In this document: positions 1 through 9,754 of the stretch, in pieces
Numbering within the stretch: position 1 is the stretch's first letter
Layout: each line of letters starts with the position of its first letter
Source of the DNA: Promethearchaeota archaeon
GTDB taxonomy: Archaea > Asgardarchaeota > Lokiarchaeia > Sigyniarchaeales > SOKP01
Length of the DNA stretch: 64,000 bases
Direction: 5' to 3'
Assembly (NCBI GenBank): GCA_048937405.1
Contig: JBHLNF010000001.1
Span: forward strand, 688,785-752,784
Notes under the pieces: model-generated
What the model was told of the DNA's origin: nothing
The model's input: the letters and a program-made list of their open reading frames with translations, nothing else
The model's database searches: none
Program-made: the position numbers and the translations under genes

Positions 1-693
1 AGATAAAACTCCAATAACCTTATCAATGTGTAATAAATTCAATTTATATATATTTGAATCGAAACCATACTTATGCATTATAAGATCAGAGGACATAAAC
101 CACAACAGAGAAGCGATAGGAGGCTCTGAATTTTCAAAGAATTTTTTTGGTTTTTTGAAAACTTCAATTAATTTTTGCGCAATAACAGAATTCGATCTAA
201 TTAATCTTCTTTTAACACTTGGGAAATAATTTAATAAAAGGTAAAACATTGCGAGTTTTGTTTTTCTCTCAGGATAAATATAATCTGAACCTCTATTAAT
301 GAACTGCGCAATACTTGCTTTGTTCCCATCTCCTACCATTTCTAGAATTGTCTGACAATTTTTCCCAATATCATTATTAATTTTATAAATTTGTAAATCT
401 TTAGCAGCATATTCTCTTAATATTGGAGGAGATGTATCTCGATCCATCCAATTAAGGAGGGGAACTCCATGGCATAGTTCTTTTTTATAATTACCGGTGT
501 AAGTTCCAGTTAATAACGATACTTGAGTAGGATAGGTAATAGGAGGAAAATCGGTAACACAATTTTCTGAATAAATTCCATTTTCCATCAATATTTTTAG
601 ATTAGGCAGTAACCCCTTTCTAATAAAATCAAAAAAATGTTCAGTCCTAACATCGTCTATGATACAAAGAATAACCCTGTTGATTTTGTTCAT
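1..693 (-). CDS. Alkaline-phosphatase-superfamily / type I phosphodiesterase-nucleotide pyrophosphatase (3' end outside the window; not in the ORF track)
   Basis: Manual translation from ATG at 693: MNKINRVILCIIDDVRTEHF...LPNLKILMENG...TDFPPITYPTQVSLLTG, the typical N-terminal metal-binding Asp and PxxTxP nucleophile motifs. Confidence 0.8.
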   Translation of the reverse strand, partial: MNKINRVILCIIDDVRTEHFFDFIRKGLLPNLKILMENGIYSENCVTDFPPITYPTQVSLLTGTYTGNYKKELCHGVPLLNWMDRDTSPPILREYAAKDLQIYKINNDIGKNCQTILEMVGDGNKASIAQFINRGSDYIYPERKTKLAMFYLLLNYFPSVKRRLIRSNSVIAQKLIEVFKKPKKFFENSEPPIASLLWFMSSDLIMHKYGFDSNIYKLNLLHIDKVIGVLS

Positions 694-805
694 TATTTTT
701 CACGATATGTAATATTTTATTTTCATTTCTGAATAGACAAGGGTAAAGATTTATCAATATTTAGTAAATCAAGATTGAAATAAATAGAAATACAATAAAT
801 AATAA

Positions 806-909
806 TGGAGCCCCCGGTGGGACTTGAACCCACGACCGGCAGATTACAACTGCAGGGCTGTTTGAATAATGAATCACTGTCTGCTGCTCTACCACTAAGC
901 CACGGAGGC
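806..909 (-). tRNA. tRNA-Thr(UGU) with a 29-nt intron at non-canonical position 32/33 (intron 850-878); CCA encoded
   Basis: Acceptor GCCTCCG/CGGGGGC, U73, D-arm GCTT/GAGC, anticodon stem GCAGA/TCTGC, T-arm GTGGG-TTCAAGT-CCCAC; the spliced loop reads C-U-UGU-AA. Confidence 0.9.
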
Positions 910-1067
910 ATTTTTTTTTAACTATCTATTTTATATGTAACTATTATAAATTTTTAATTTTGTGGTTTTAAACGTGGTAAATAACCAATCGTAATAATTA
1001 AAAGGTTATTTATCTTTTTGTTGATTAATTAACATATTAATAATTATAGTGCAAATAAGACTTCTGA

Positions 1068-1415
1068 ATGAATAAAATGTTTACAAAAGAAGAAGTAACA
1101 AAATTGGCTTTTAAAATTTATAAGGAGAACCAAAGTGTAGAAAAAAGTGTCTGGAGACTCGCAGAACTTTGCGTGACAATTAATAATAACATCAAGGATG
1201 GATATGATATTAAACCATTAGAAACAGATAATTTAATTCTATTATTAAGAGATGACGTTAATGGGCAACTAATTCTTCCTTCGGAAGGTGAAATTAAAAA
1301 AGTTGCAGATATAATATATCATGAAAATCCTAGTAGAAGTCAGATAGATTGGTATATCGCTGAAAAACAGCTTCTTTTGGAAGAAATAAAGAATATCGTA
1401 AGTCATAGAAATTAG
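1068..1415 (+). CDS. Hypothetical protein with two DUF2934-like helical repeats
   Basis: Repeats EEVTKLAFKIYKE...VWRLAE and EIKKVADIIYHE...DWYIAEKQL. Confidence 0.55.
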   Translation: MNKMFTKEEVTKLAFKIYKENQSVEKSVWRLAELCVTINNNIKDGYDIKPLETDNLILLLRDDVNGQLILPSEGEIKKVADIIYHENPSRSQIDWYIAEKQLLLEEIKNIVSHRN

Positions 1416-1583
1416 TATCGAATTTTTATATTCATCTAATTACTAGAACTCCACTCTTTGCAGGAGTATCTTTACTTTAGAGTATCAAATTAAATATTAA
1501 AGAATGATTACAGAGTATTATAATAAATACTAGATTAATTATTTATATTAGAAATTAAAATATCATACTTTTATTAGTTTGTA

Positions 1584-4496
1584 ATGCCACCTTCAAAAAA
1601 GAAAAAACAAGATGATAAATCACAAACATCGTTATTTTCATTTGTTGATAACACAGATACAAAGAAGAAAAAGACAACAGAACTAAAAAAGGAATCTAAT
1701 ATTGAGAAAACTGTAGAAAAGAAGCCAACAGATAAGCCGAAAGCAAAAAAAGAAGAGAAGGATAAAGAAAAAACACCCAAATTTGAGGCTAGCTCAGAGG
1801 GGATTCCTTCACACTTATTTTTTCAAGGTAATGATGAAGATTTTGGGTTAAAAGAAGGGAATATCAAATTACCTAATGTTTTACGAGAAAATTTTTCTTC
1901 AAAATATATTCGTTATCTTATTGAAAAAGGAGAAATCATTGAAAATATGGAAAGGGGCATATTACTTGATGTTGATTATGATGGTGGTCAAAATAAAGCT
2001 TATTGTAAATTTTACGATTTAGAAAATGATGAAATAAAAATATGGATTGATACTACAAATCATGAACCGTATTGTATAAGTAAGGAAACGATAGTAGATT
2101 TACAGAATATTATAGAATTAACAGATTATGAAGGTTTTACTAGATTTGAAGAAATAAAGAAAACCGATTTGCTAAAGGACAAAGAAATATCGATGACAAA
2201 AATATATGGAAAAACGCCATCAGATATCGGAGGTTCTGGTACAAATATTAGAAATATTTTAGGTAAGAACAATAAGAAAGCATGGGAAGCAGATATTAGA
2301 TATCATTTAAATTATATTTTCGATAGACAGCTAATTCCAGGATTAATATATTCTATTAAAGATGGTCAAATCAATAAGTTAAGTTTTGAAGAGGATTCAG
2401 AAGAATCTAAAAATATGGCAAATGAATTACGAGATCAGTTTAAAAATGAATCTTCAGAACTTCAAGAATTTTCGGAAAAGTTTTTAGATATTTTTCTTAC
2501 ACCGATTCCAGATGTGAAACGGTTAGCTATGGATATCGAAGTGAATATGGGATCAGAAGATTTTATTATTCCAGATCCTCGCCAAGCAAAACAAGCAATT
2601 ATTAGCATTTCCTTTGTAGCTTCAGATGGATTAAAATTAGTTTATGTTTTAAAAAGGGAAGGATTCCTATTTCATGGACTTCACAAGAAGTTTCCATCAG
2701 ATGCTAAACTTATTTTCTTTAAAAGTGAAAAAAGATTATTAATCGAGACTTTTCGTCTTTTGTGGGAATATCCTATAATTATTACTTTCAACGGAGATAA
2801 TTTTGATCTTAATTACATGTTTCATAGGGCAAATAAATTAAAAATTGATAAAGATTTAAATCCTATCCATATTAAAAGAGGTTTTGGGTTCTTATCAAGA
2901 TCTGATTGTGACTTGAGAAAGGGAATCCATATTGATCTATTTAATTTTTTCTTCAATCGAAGTATTTCTGGATATGCATTTGGAGGCGCTTATGAAAGCA
3001 GTTCATTAAACGCTATTAGTGATGCATTACTGGGGAAAATGAAGTATGAACATGAAGAAGAAATACATGAAATGGAATATGATGTCTTAACGTGGTATAA
3101 TTTAAAAGATTCAATACTTACATTAGAATTGACTCAATTTAACAACTCACTTGTATGGAATTTAATTATATTATTATGTCGAATTACCAAAATGCCTATT
3201 CATGAAACAGTAAGGCGTCAAATATCAACATGGATTCAAAATATTTTTTATTTTGAACATAGAAGAAAAAATTATTTAATACCTCGTAGATCAGAGATAG
3301 CTGAATTAAAAACTGGGGGCTACTCAAAAGCGGTAATTGAAGGAAAAACATTTGCAGGTGCATATGTTGTTCCACCAGTTCCAGGTATTCATTTCGATGT
3401 TGTAGTGATGGATTTTGCTTCACTTTATCCTTCTATTATTAAAGAATATAACCTATCATATGAAACAGTTTTATGTCCGCATAAGGATGATGAAGATAAT
3501 CTTGTAAAAGGAACCCCTTATCATATATGTACTAAAAAAATGGGAATCTTTGCTTATGTAGTAGGATTTTTTAGAGATATCAGAGTTAAATATTTTAAAC
3601 CAAAATCAAGTGATAAAAGTTTAACAGAAAAAAAACGAAGTTATTATCATACGATTCAACAAGCCCTTAAAGTGTTTATTAACGGTTCATATGGTGTATT
3701 TGGCTCTCAGAATTTTCCTCTATTTTGTCTTCCAGTTGCAGAAAGTACAACTTCAATAGGTCAATACTCGATAAAACAAACCATTAAGAAGTCAGAAGAT
3801 ATTGGTGTGAAAGTTCTCTATGGTGATACCGATAGTGTTTTCCTATTAAATCCTACCAGCGATCAAATGAAAATTATATCAGAATGGAGCAAAAGTGAAT
3901 TAGATCTTGATTTAGAAGAGGAAAAAGCATATCAATTTCTTGCACTTTCAGAAAGAAAGAAAAATTATATTGGAATTTATAAAGATACGAAATATGTAGA
4001 TATAAAAGGTCTTGTTGCTAAAAAAAAAAACACACCTGATTTTATTAAAAAGGCATTTAGTGAAATGATCGAAATATTGAAGCAAATCACCAATAATGAC
4101 GAATTTTTAAAAGCTAAAGATAAGATTAAAGAAATTGTAAGGAATAATTTAAAGAAGATTGGAAAACCAGATGCTTTTATATTAGAAGATTATGTGATAA
4201 ATATTGGTTTACAAAAAGATCTTAAGAGTTATACAAAAGTAATTCCCCAACATGTAAGAGCAGCATTAGAATTAAAAGAGGTAACTGGAAAAGAATTTCA
4301 AAAAGGTGAAACCATAAGTTTCATTAAAAGTAAGGGACCTATTGGAGCAAAAGCTATTGAGTTGGCTAAACTCCAAGATATTGATACAAAAAAATATAAG
4401 GATCTTCTAATTTCTGCGTTAGAACAAGTTTTAGATGCTCTAGGTATAACTTATGAAGAGATCAAGGGTATTAAAAAGATGGATGCTTTTTTTTAA
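1584..4496 (+). CDS. polB1: Family B DNA polymerase, PolB1 (Dpo1)-like, with proofreading exonuclease
   Basis: ExoI DIE, ExoII FNGDNFD, ExoIII YNLKD; polymerase motifs DFASLYPSII, KVFINGSYG, YGDTDS; N-terminal LLDVDYDG..KAYCKFYD resembles crenarchaeal PolB1. Confidence 0.92.
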   Translation: MPPSKKKKQDDKSQTSLFSFVDNTDTKKKKTTELKKESNIEKTVEKKPTDKPKAKKEEKDKEKTPKFEASSEGIPSHLFFQGNDEDFGLKEGNIKLPNVLRENFSSKYIRYLIEKGEIIENMERGILLDVDYDGGQNKAYCKFYDLENDEIKIWIDTTNHEPYCISKETIVDLQNIIELTDYEGFTRFEEIKKTDLLKDKEISMTKIYGKTPSDIGGSGTNIRNILGKNNKKAWEADIRYHLNYIFDRQLIPGLIYSIKDGQINKLSFEEDSEESKNMANELRDQFKNESSELQEFSEKFLDIFLTPIPDVKRLAMDIEVNMGSEDFIIPDPRQAKQAIISISFVASDGLKLVYVLKREGFLFHGLHKKFPSDAKLIFFKSEKRLLIETFRLLWEYPIIITFNGDNFDLNYMFHRANKLKIDKDLNPIHIKRGFGFLSRSDCDLRKGIHIDLFNFFFNRSISGYAFGGAYESSSLNAISDALLGKMKYEHEEEIHEMEYDVLTWYNLKDSILTLELTQFNNSLVWNLIILLCRITKMPIHETVRRQISTWIQNIFYFEHRRKNYLIPRRSEIAELKTGGYSKAVIEGKTFAGAYVVPPVPGIHFDVVVMDFASLYPSIIKEYNLSYETVLCPHKDDEDNLVKGTPYHICTKKMGIFAYVVGFFRDIRVKYFKPKSSDKSLTEKKRSYYHTIQQALKVFINGSYGVFGSQNFPLFCLPVAESTTSIGQYSIKQTIKKSEDIGVKVLYGDTDSVFLLNPTSDQMKIISEWSKSELDLDLEEEKAYQFLALSERKKNYIGIYKDTKYVDIKGLVAKKKNTPDFIKKAFSEMIEILKQITNNDEFLKAKDKIKEIVRNNLKKIGKPDAFILEDYVINIGLQKDLKSYTKVIPQHVRAALELKEVTGKEFQKGETISFIKSKGPIGAKAIELAKLQDIDTKKYKDLLISALEQVLDALGITYEEIKGIKKMDAFF

Positions 4497-4564
4497 AAAT
4501 TATTACATATTTTTAATATTCTAAAATTCTAGATTAGAGTTATTCTTAAAAAAAAAAGAATTAT

Positions 4565-5038
4565 TTATATAATTTTGGTTCCACATGCGTCACAAAATTC
4601 TGCCGCTTCCTTCAAAGGTGTCCCACAATTTGGACAAAAATTCTTTTCATCGGTTTGAGTCTTGATGGGATGAATCGGTTCTGGTTCAGGAGATTCATTG
4701 AGATAAACGTCAGTATAAATAGTACTCCAAATTTTTTGAACAGGTAATTTGTCTCCATCCATAGGGCAAGTGCATTTAACTAACATCCAGGGTCCTGACG
4801 GTTTAGCACTTTTCACAGTTGCTTCTCCTCCGCATGTTTGACAACGAAAAATTCCATTACGGAAATGAGACAAATAACGTTCTTTTTGTAATAATGGAAC
4901 CTTAAAAGATCTTTCTTCATGAATTGGACATTTTTGTTTTACTAGAAATTTATCTCCAACAGCTTTTAAAAATGTAATAGCACCTGTTTTTCCACATTTA
5001 GGACAGCTGAACTGTTTACTCTCTTCCATTTGAGACAT
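4565..5038 (-). CDS. Multi-zinc-ribbon protein
   Basis: Two repeats of CxxCG...(K)CP plus a C-terminal double zinc ribbon FCPNCG...FCDACG. Confidence 0.75.
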   Translation of the reverse strand: MSQMEESKQFSCPKCGKTGAITFLKAVGDKFLVKQKCPIHEERSFKVPLLQKERYLSHFRNGIFRCQTCGGEATVKSAKPSGPWMLVKCTCPMDGDKLPVQKIWSTIYTDVYLNESPEPEPIHPIKTQTDEKNFCPNCGTPLKEAAEFCDACGTKII

Positions 5039-5298
5039 AGTATTTCATCTTTACTATACTTTTATTATGAAAGAAAAAAATTCCTACTTAAATTCTTATT
5101 GTATTGAAATGAAAGGAGAAAAAATTTTTTTTTAAATTCGTTATGGATCATTTTTTATATTTATTATTAGTTCTTTTCAAATTTTTGCTCCAAATAAATT
5201 TTCTCTTAAGAAACCTTGACTTAATTTTTAAAAAAGGTTTATTTATATAAACAATGTGACTTCTAGATTATAATAAATCTAACGTTCCTGGGATATAT

Positions 5299-6201
5299 TT
5301 GAAAAAAAACAATTTATTATTCATATTTCTTATTTTTCTTATATTTTTAAGTAATTTCTCGTATCTTCTTTATATCAATGGACTTTTTGTAGATGGTTTT
5401 TTAATAGGAAAAAAAAAAAGAATTAATAATTCTTCTATATGTGGAGGGGGATATCTTATGGATACTGAGGCTATTTATTCATGGATTGAGATTAATGAAA
5501 CAGGAACTATTTTAGAGAAAATTTCTGATACGACTTTCAATTACCAGAGTTTACAATTTCCTTGGGATTTTAGAATATATAATAAAAACTATAACAGTTG
5601 TGTTGTAGTAAGTAGTGGTTATTTGGTATTTCCTAGTGGAAACATATCTTCGATGAGCGTGCATATACCTTCATTATACTATCATATTTCTCCTACTATA
5701 GCTTTATTTGGAGATAACTTAACAACTTCAGAGAGTTTTGGAGGGGGAGGAATAGTATATTATAAATTTTTAACATCACCAAATCGCTTAGTAATTGAAT
5801 ATAAAGATGTATATACCTATAATAACTCAAAACCATCATATGTAGGATCTTTTGAAGTAATTTTATTTTTTCAACCTGGTGTTGGTGATATCAAATTTCA
5901 ATATAAAGATGTGCTTAGTATATCTAGTAATCAAGCGGTAGTAGGCTTAGATTATGGAGATAGCGTGCATTTTAATCTCTACAGTGAATTTAATCAAACT
6001 AATCTACCAATTACAGAAAAAGCTATTAAATTTAAATTTGATAAGATGCTTTCAGTTTGTGGAAATGAAGAAAGATATGGTGAAGATGAAACTCCAGAAA
6101 TACCTGGAATGAATCCTGTCTTTTTGCTGCTAATATTTAGTATTATGATATTGAGTGTTATTTATATTCTTGTTAAAAATAAGCTCTACAAATATTTTTA
6201 A
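5299..6201 (+). CDS. Secreted/surface protein with C-terminal IPG-TM-basic (Loki-CTERM-like) anchor
   Basis: Hydrophobic N-terminus, beta-rich body, C-terminus EIPGMNPVFLLLIFSIMILSVIYILVKNK. Confidence 0.65.
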   Translation: MKKNNLLFIFLIFLIFLSNFSYLLYINGLFVDGFLIGKKKRINNSSICGGGYLMDTEAIYSWIEINETGTILEKISDTTFNYQSLQFPWDFRIYNKNYNSCVVVSSGYLVFPSGNISSMSVHIPSLYYHISPTIALFGDNLTTSESFGGGGIVYYKFLTSPNRLVIEYKDVYTYNNSKPSYVGSFEVILFFQPGVGDIKFQYKDVLSISSNQAVVGLDYGDSVHFNLYSEFNQTNLPITEKAIKFKFDKMLSVCGNEERYGEDETPEIPGMNPVFLLLIFSIMILSVIYILVKNKLYKYF

Positions 6202-6306
6202 AAGAATAAAGAGAGCTAAGAACTGTTCCCATTTTTTTAAAAAAAAATATATTATATACAAGAAAAAAGGATTATTTTAATTACATAAAATCATTTATCT
6301 CTAAAA

Positions 6307-7392
6307 TTAGAATATTAGTGTAATGAACCCCATTGAATATCCACAGAAAATTGGATTTAAAATATTGTCATCTATCTTGAGGTTTAGGATATCTATAGTT
6401 AAAAATATTAATGCTCCAACAAGTCCAATAATAATTATTTGTGTAATATTATAAGATTGATGTTCAAAAAACCACAAGACTAAAACGCTGATACCTAAAG
6501 ATATTAAAAATCCAGAGATGTATCCAACTAATGTTTTATTTGAAGATTTCGGTAAGTGAACCTTACCAAATTTGAGTCCAAATATGGATGCAGCACCATC
6601 ACCTAAAGTAGCAATTAAAGCTGTAGCAGTAAATACGCCAAATGGAAGAAAAAGTGTGGGAATAAGTGATAAAATCAGTGCTACAGGTCTAGTAAATTCA
6701 TAGATCTCATTCTTTTTTAAGGACTTACCTAAAATATTAGAAATGCATGTTGGGAGTAAGCGATAAATATTTCCCTTATTAAAAATATGTGATAATCGAA
6801 CATAATCTAAAGCTGCAAAAATGATAATTGCTGTGTACCCGACTGTAGTTATTAAAAAAATTCCATACTCTTCTCCCGATATCCCCCAGAATTGATCTCC
6901 ATGCCATATATCATCCCAAATATAGACAGCAAATAACCATAAAAAAATAATAATCACAGCGGGTAATAAGTGAAATGCTTTCCTATGCACATCAGTTTTT
7001 AAAGCAGCTTTCCTATTATATAGATTTTTTGTATCCATTAAAGTAAATTGTTTTATAAATCTTTTAATCGTCCGATTTTCTCTTATTTGAGGATCTTTTT
7101 TTAATTTAAATTGAATTTGGTAATATAAAATAAAAAGTATTAGTAGTGGGGCATAAATACATATGATTTGAAGTGCTAATCCTTGAAAAAATCTTGTCTG
7201 ACTTGTATCTCTAATAAAAAACAATGGATACACAACTCCAGCAACAATCCATAATAGTATTATTAAAAAGGAATTAGTAAAATTATGTTCCTTAGAAAAT
7301 TTCTGTTTTAACTTAATAGCATAATATAAATGTGCTAATCCGTTTCCAATATAAAAAACTGTAACTGGTAGAGTGAAAGCATTATAAACCAT
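6307..7392 (-). CDS. Membrane CTP-dependent polyprenol/phytol/dolichol kinase family protein
   Basis: Multi-TM; motifs HRKAFH, GDGAASIFG, KTLVG and DDNILNP. Confidence 0.75.
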   Translation of the reverse strand: MVYNAFTLPVTVFYIGNGLAHLYYAIKLKQKFSKEHNFTNSFLIILLWIVAGVVYPLFFIRDTSQTRFFQGLALQIICIYAPLLILFILYYQIQFKLKKDPQIRENRTIKRFIKQFTLMDTKNLYNRKAALKTDVHRKAFHLLPAVIIIFLWLFAVYIWDDIWHGDQFWGISGEEYGIFLITTVGYTAIIIFAALDYVRLSHIFNKGNIYRLLPTCISNILGKSLKKNEIYEFTRPVALILSLIPTLFLPFGVFTATALIATLGDGAASIFGLKFGKVHLPKSSNKTLVGYISGFLISLGISVLVLWFFEHQSYNITQIIIIGLVGALIFLTIDILNLKIDDNILNPIFCGYSMGFITLIF

Positions 7393-7488
7393 AGTATAAC
7401 TAAACTAAATTATAGTTTAAAAAATAAGTTATGTAAAATTACTAAGTTTATAACAAAATCAAAATTAAAAAGAAAAATAAAATTAAAA

Positions 7489-7776
7489 TTATAATCCTAA
7501 TAAAAGGATCTCATCAATTGCTTTATGAAGTTTTTTTAAATTGTCTTTTCCAAGAGCTTTATCAACTTGGACTTTTAAATCAAAAGCAGTACTTAAAGCT
7601 GTAAAAAAAGAGTTTTGAAGAACATCATTGAACTGCGATTTTTCTTTTTTTATCTCTTTAAATTCATCTACTCTTCTTAGCATAGCCTCTTCATAATCCT
7701 TATTCGTAATTGTTCTTAGCTCTGCTAATTTACGGATTTTCATCCCATCTTTATCTTCGACTAAATCTTCTGGCAT
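7489..7776 (-). CDS. Hypothetical helical protein abutting the radical SAM gene
   Basis: 95-aa ORF whose ATG directly follows the upstream stop codon. Confidence 0.6.
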   Translation of the reverse strand: MPEDLVEDKDGMKIRKLAELRTITNKDYEEAMLRRVDEFKEIKKEKSQFNDVLQNSFFTALSTAFDLKVQVDKALGKDNLKKLHKAIDEILLLGL

Positions 7777-9513
7777 TTATTTATCCTCCTCCTTATTAAT
7801 TCCACCATTACGAGCTACCTCTTGTTGGATTTCTTCTGCAGGTTGGCCAGTTGTAGTATCAAATTCATTCTTTACTTTTGCTGTTAATTTCTTAGCGACT
7901 TGTTTCTCAATATGAGGTCTATGAAGCGTGTTCATAGTGCAAAAGGAACATTCTTTTACACTACCGTCAGGCATTGCAATACCGAAGTGTACAATGCATC
8001 TTTTTGTTCTTTCAATATCCATATTATAAGCATCTTGAAAGTGCATGCTTGAGAGTAAAAGCGCCCCATAACTAAATGAACTCACGCTCTCCCAATCTCC
8101 ACGCATCAAAAGCCTTGAAAACATTTCCATAAGCTTTCCTGGCTTTTTCATATATTGAAGCACTCCTAATAAGAATCTGGCTCTTAATTGAGTCTTATCC
8201 AAAAAGTTTAATCCTTTATCAAGTGTTTTTCCAAAATCTCCAAGTAAATCTTCAAAAACTCTAAGTTCCTTTTTTTCTTTGTGTTTAATTTTAGCCCAAA
8301 AGCGGTTTGCAAAATCAATTACCTTCAATGGATCAAAATAGTCCATAATAGGCATCATTTCACCAGTATCAGGATCTACTACCATATAACTTGCGAAACC
8401 ACAATCGGGATGACAAGTGAATTCAATAGGTTCAACATCAGCAAGATAAGCTATAACTCTGCCAAATTCCACGATAGTTGTTAGAGGATACCAAGCATTT
8501 TCCATGCTTATTTTACCTGCGGTTTGTTCTTCTATAATTTTAAGAACATCCGCATTAGTTATTCTTAAATCTTGTCTTTCTTCAAATGCAATTCGCCCAC
8601 ATAAAGATACGGGTTGAAAAGTTATTCCACGTACTACGTCCACATTATCAATAGCATATTGAATAATATTGCCTACTTCTATGTCTGTAACTCCTTTAGC
8701 AATAGTTGCCACTAATACTATAGAATCAAGTTTTGCTTTACGACAATTTTCTATTACTCTTTGTTTATATGTCATAAGATTTTTGATACCACGAGTTTTT
8801 TCATATGTTGCATCATTAATTCCATCAAATTGAAAATATAATGTATCTAAACCAGCTTCTTTTACCCTTTTTGTCCATTCAAGACCTCCATTCTTCTTCT
8901 GAAATCCATAACCATTTGTAGCCACAATAACTTCCTTAAAACCATTATCTTTTGCCATCTTGCAAATTTCAGGAAAATCTTTCCTAACCGTTGGTTCCCC
9001 ACCTGTAAACATGATAGCAACAGCTGGAATCGGTTTACTTCTAAAATGTTTCATTATTCTGTCAATTTCTTCCAAGGAAGGTTCAATTAAATAACCAGAC
9101 TTTTGTACATTTGCATAACAGAAATTACAATTAAAATTACAGCGATTTGTGAGATCTATCAAGGCTAATGAACAAGTTGAGAGGTGTTGTTCACATAATC
9201 CACAATTATAAGGACATCCTCTTGGATCTTCACCAATACAATCAGGAGGATTAGCATTACCATCTTTATCAAATTTCCATACAATATTTCCGTTTTTATC
9301 TTTTATTGCCCAGTGTGTCCATTTGTAATATTTAGCACTTGAACTAAGTTTATCCTTGAATTGACCATGTTCTTCACATGTCTTTTTCATCCAAATTTCA
9401 TCATTATCTTCATAAACTTCGGCACCGATTGGTTCTAAACATTCTGGACAAATACTCCGTGTTTTTCTATAGTATGGAACGTTTAAATATTCATCATCGT
9501 CTAAATGGTACAT
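7777..9513 (-). CDS. tes: Radical SAM tetraether lipid synthase (Tes / GDGT-MAS family)
   Basis: N-terminal SICPEC...CEEHG, GCPYNCGLC..H cluster, CNFNCNFC SAM motif, FTCHPDC and MHFQDAYNMD...RC...FC C-terminal cluster motifs. Confidence 0.8.
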   Translation of the reverse strand: MYHLDDDEYLNVPYYRKTRSICPECLEPIGAEVYEDNDEIWMKKTCEEHGQFKDKLSSSAKYYKWTHWAIKDKNGNIVWKFDKDGNANPPDCIGEDPRGCPYNCGLCEQHLSTCSLALIDLTNRCNFNCNFCYANVQKSGYLIEPSLEEIDRIMKHFRSKPIPAVAIMFTGGEPTVRKDFPEICKMAKDNGFKEVIVATNGYGFQKKNGGLEWTKRVKEAGLDTLYFQFDGINDATYEKTRGIKNLMTYKQRVIENCRKAKLDSIVLVATIAKGVTDIEVGNIIQYAIDNVDVVRGITFQPVSLCGRIAFEERQDLRITNADVLKIIEEQTAGKISMENAWYPLTTIVEFGRVIAYLADVEPIEFTCHPDCGFASYMVVDPDTGEMMPIMDYFDPLKVIDFANRFWAKIKHKEKKELRVFEDLLGDFGKTLDKGLNFLDKTQLRARFLLGVLQYMKKPGKLMEMFSRLLMRGDWESVSSFSYGALLLSSMHFQDAYNMDIERTKRCIVHFGIAMPDGSVKECSFCTMNTLHRPHIEKQVAKKLTAKVKNEFDTTTGQPAEEIQQEVARNGGINKEEDK

Positions 9514-9754
9514 ATTATCACATTATAAATTTTAGTTAAAAGATCATTTATACAAAAATTAATTTAATGATTTTTAAACATTATTCTACTTTTCCTACTT
9601 TTGATAATATTATTTGTGAATAAACTTAAAAATTAATCTTCCTCCTCTTATACTATTAATTTATTAAGATTTTCATTTCTGATGAAATAAAAATATAATG
9701 TTTATAACCAACAAAATAAACTAATATTTAGAGATAATTTTTAATGAGAAAAAG

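Noticed and set aside
26-229. Short ORF-track entries antisense to or nested in long genes (e.g. 26-229, 1574-1780, 3196-3423, 8281-8484, 24899-25123, 33914-34201, 36217-36504, 47564-47953, 55250-55639)
   Set aside because: Shadow ORFs of well-supported genes with no motifs. The similarity between 33914-34201 and 36217-36504 only mirrors the TIR paralogy.
872-879. Reading the tRNA as His(GUG) with a canonical 37/38 intron
   Set aside because: This would need A33. The acceptor stem and U73 fit Thr, and the BHB geometry supports the 32/33 junction.
723-911. 62-aa minus-strand ORF
   Set aside because: It is the tRNA-Thr gene read as codons.
1464-1519. Three GAGTAT copies upstream of polB1
   Set aside because: Short, irregularly spaced and plausible by chance in AT-rich DNA.
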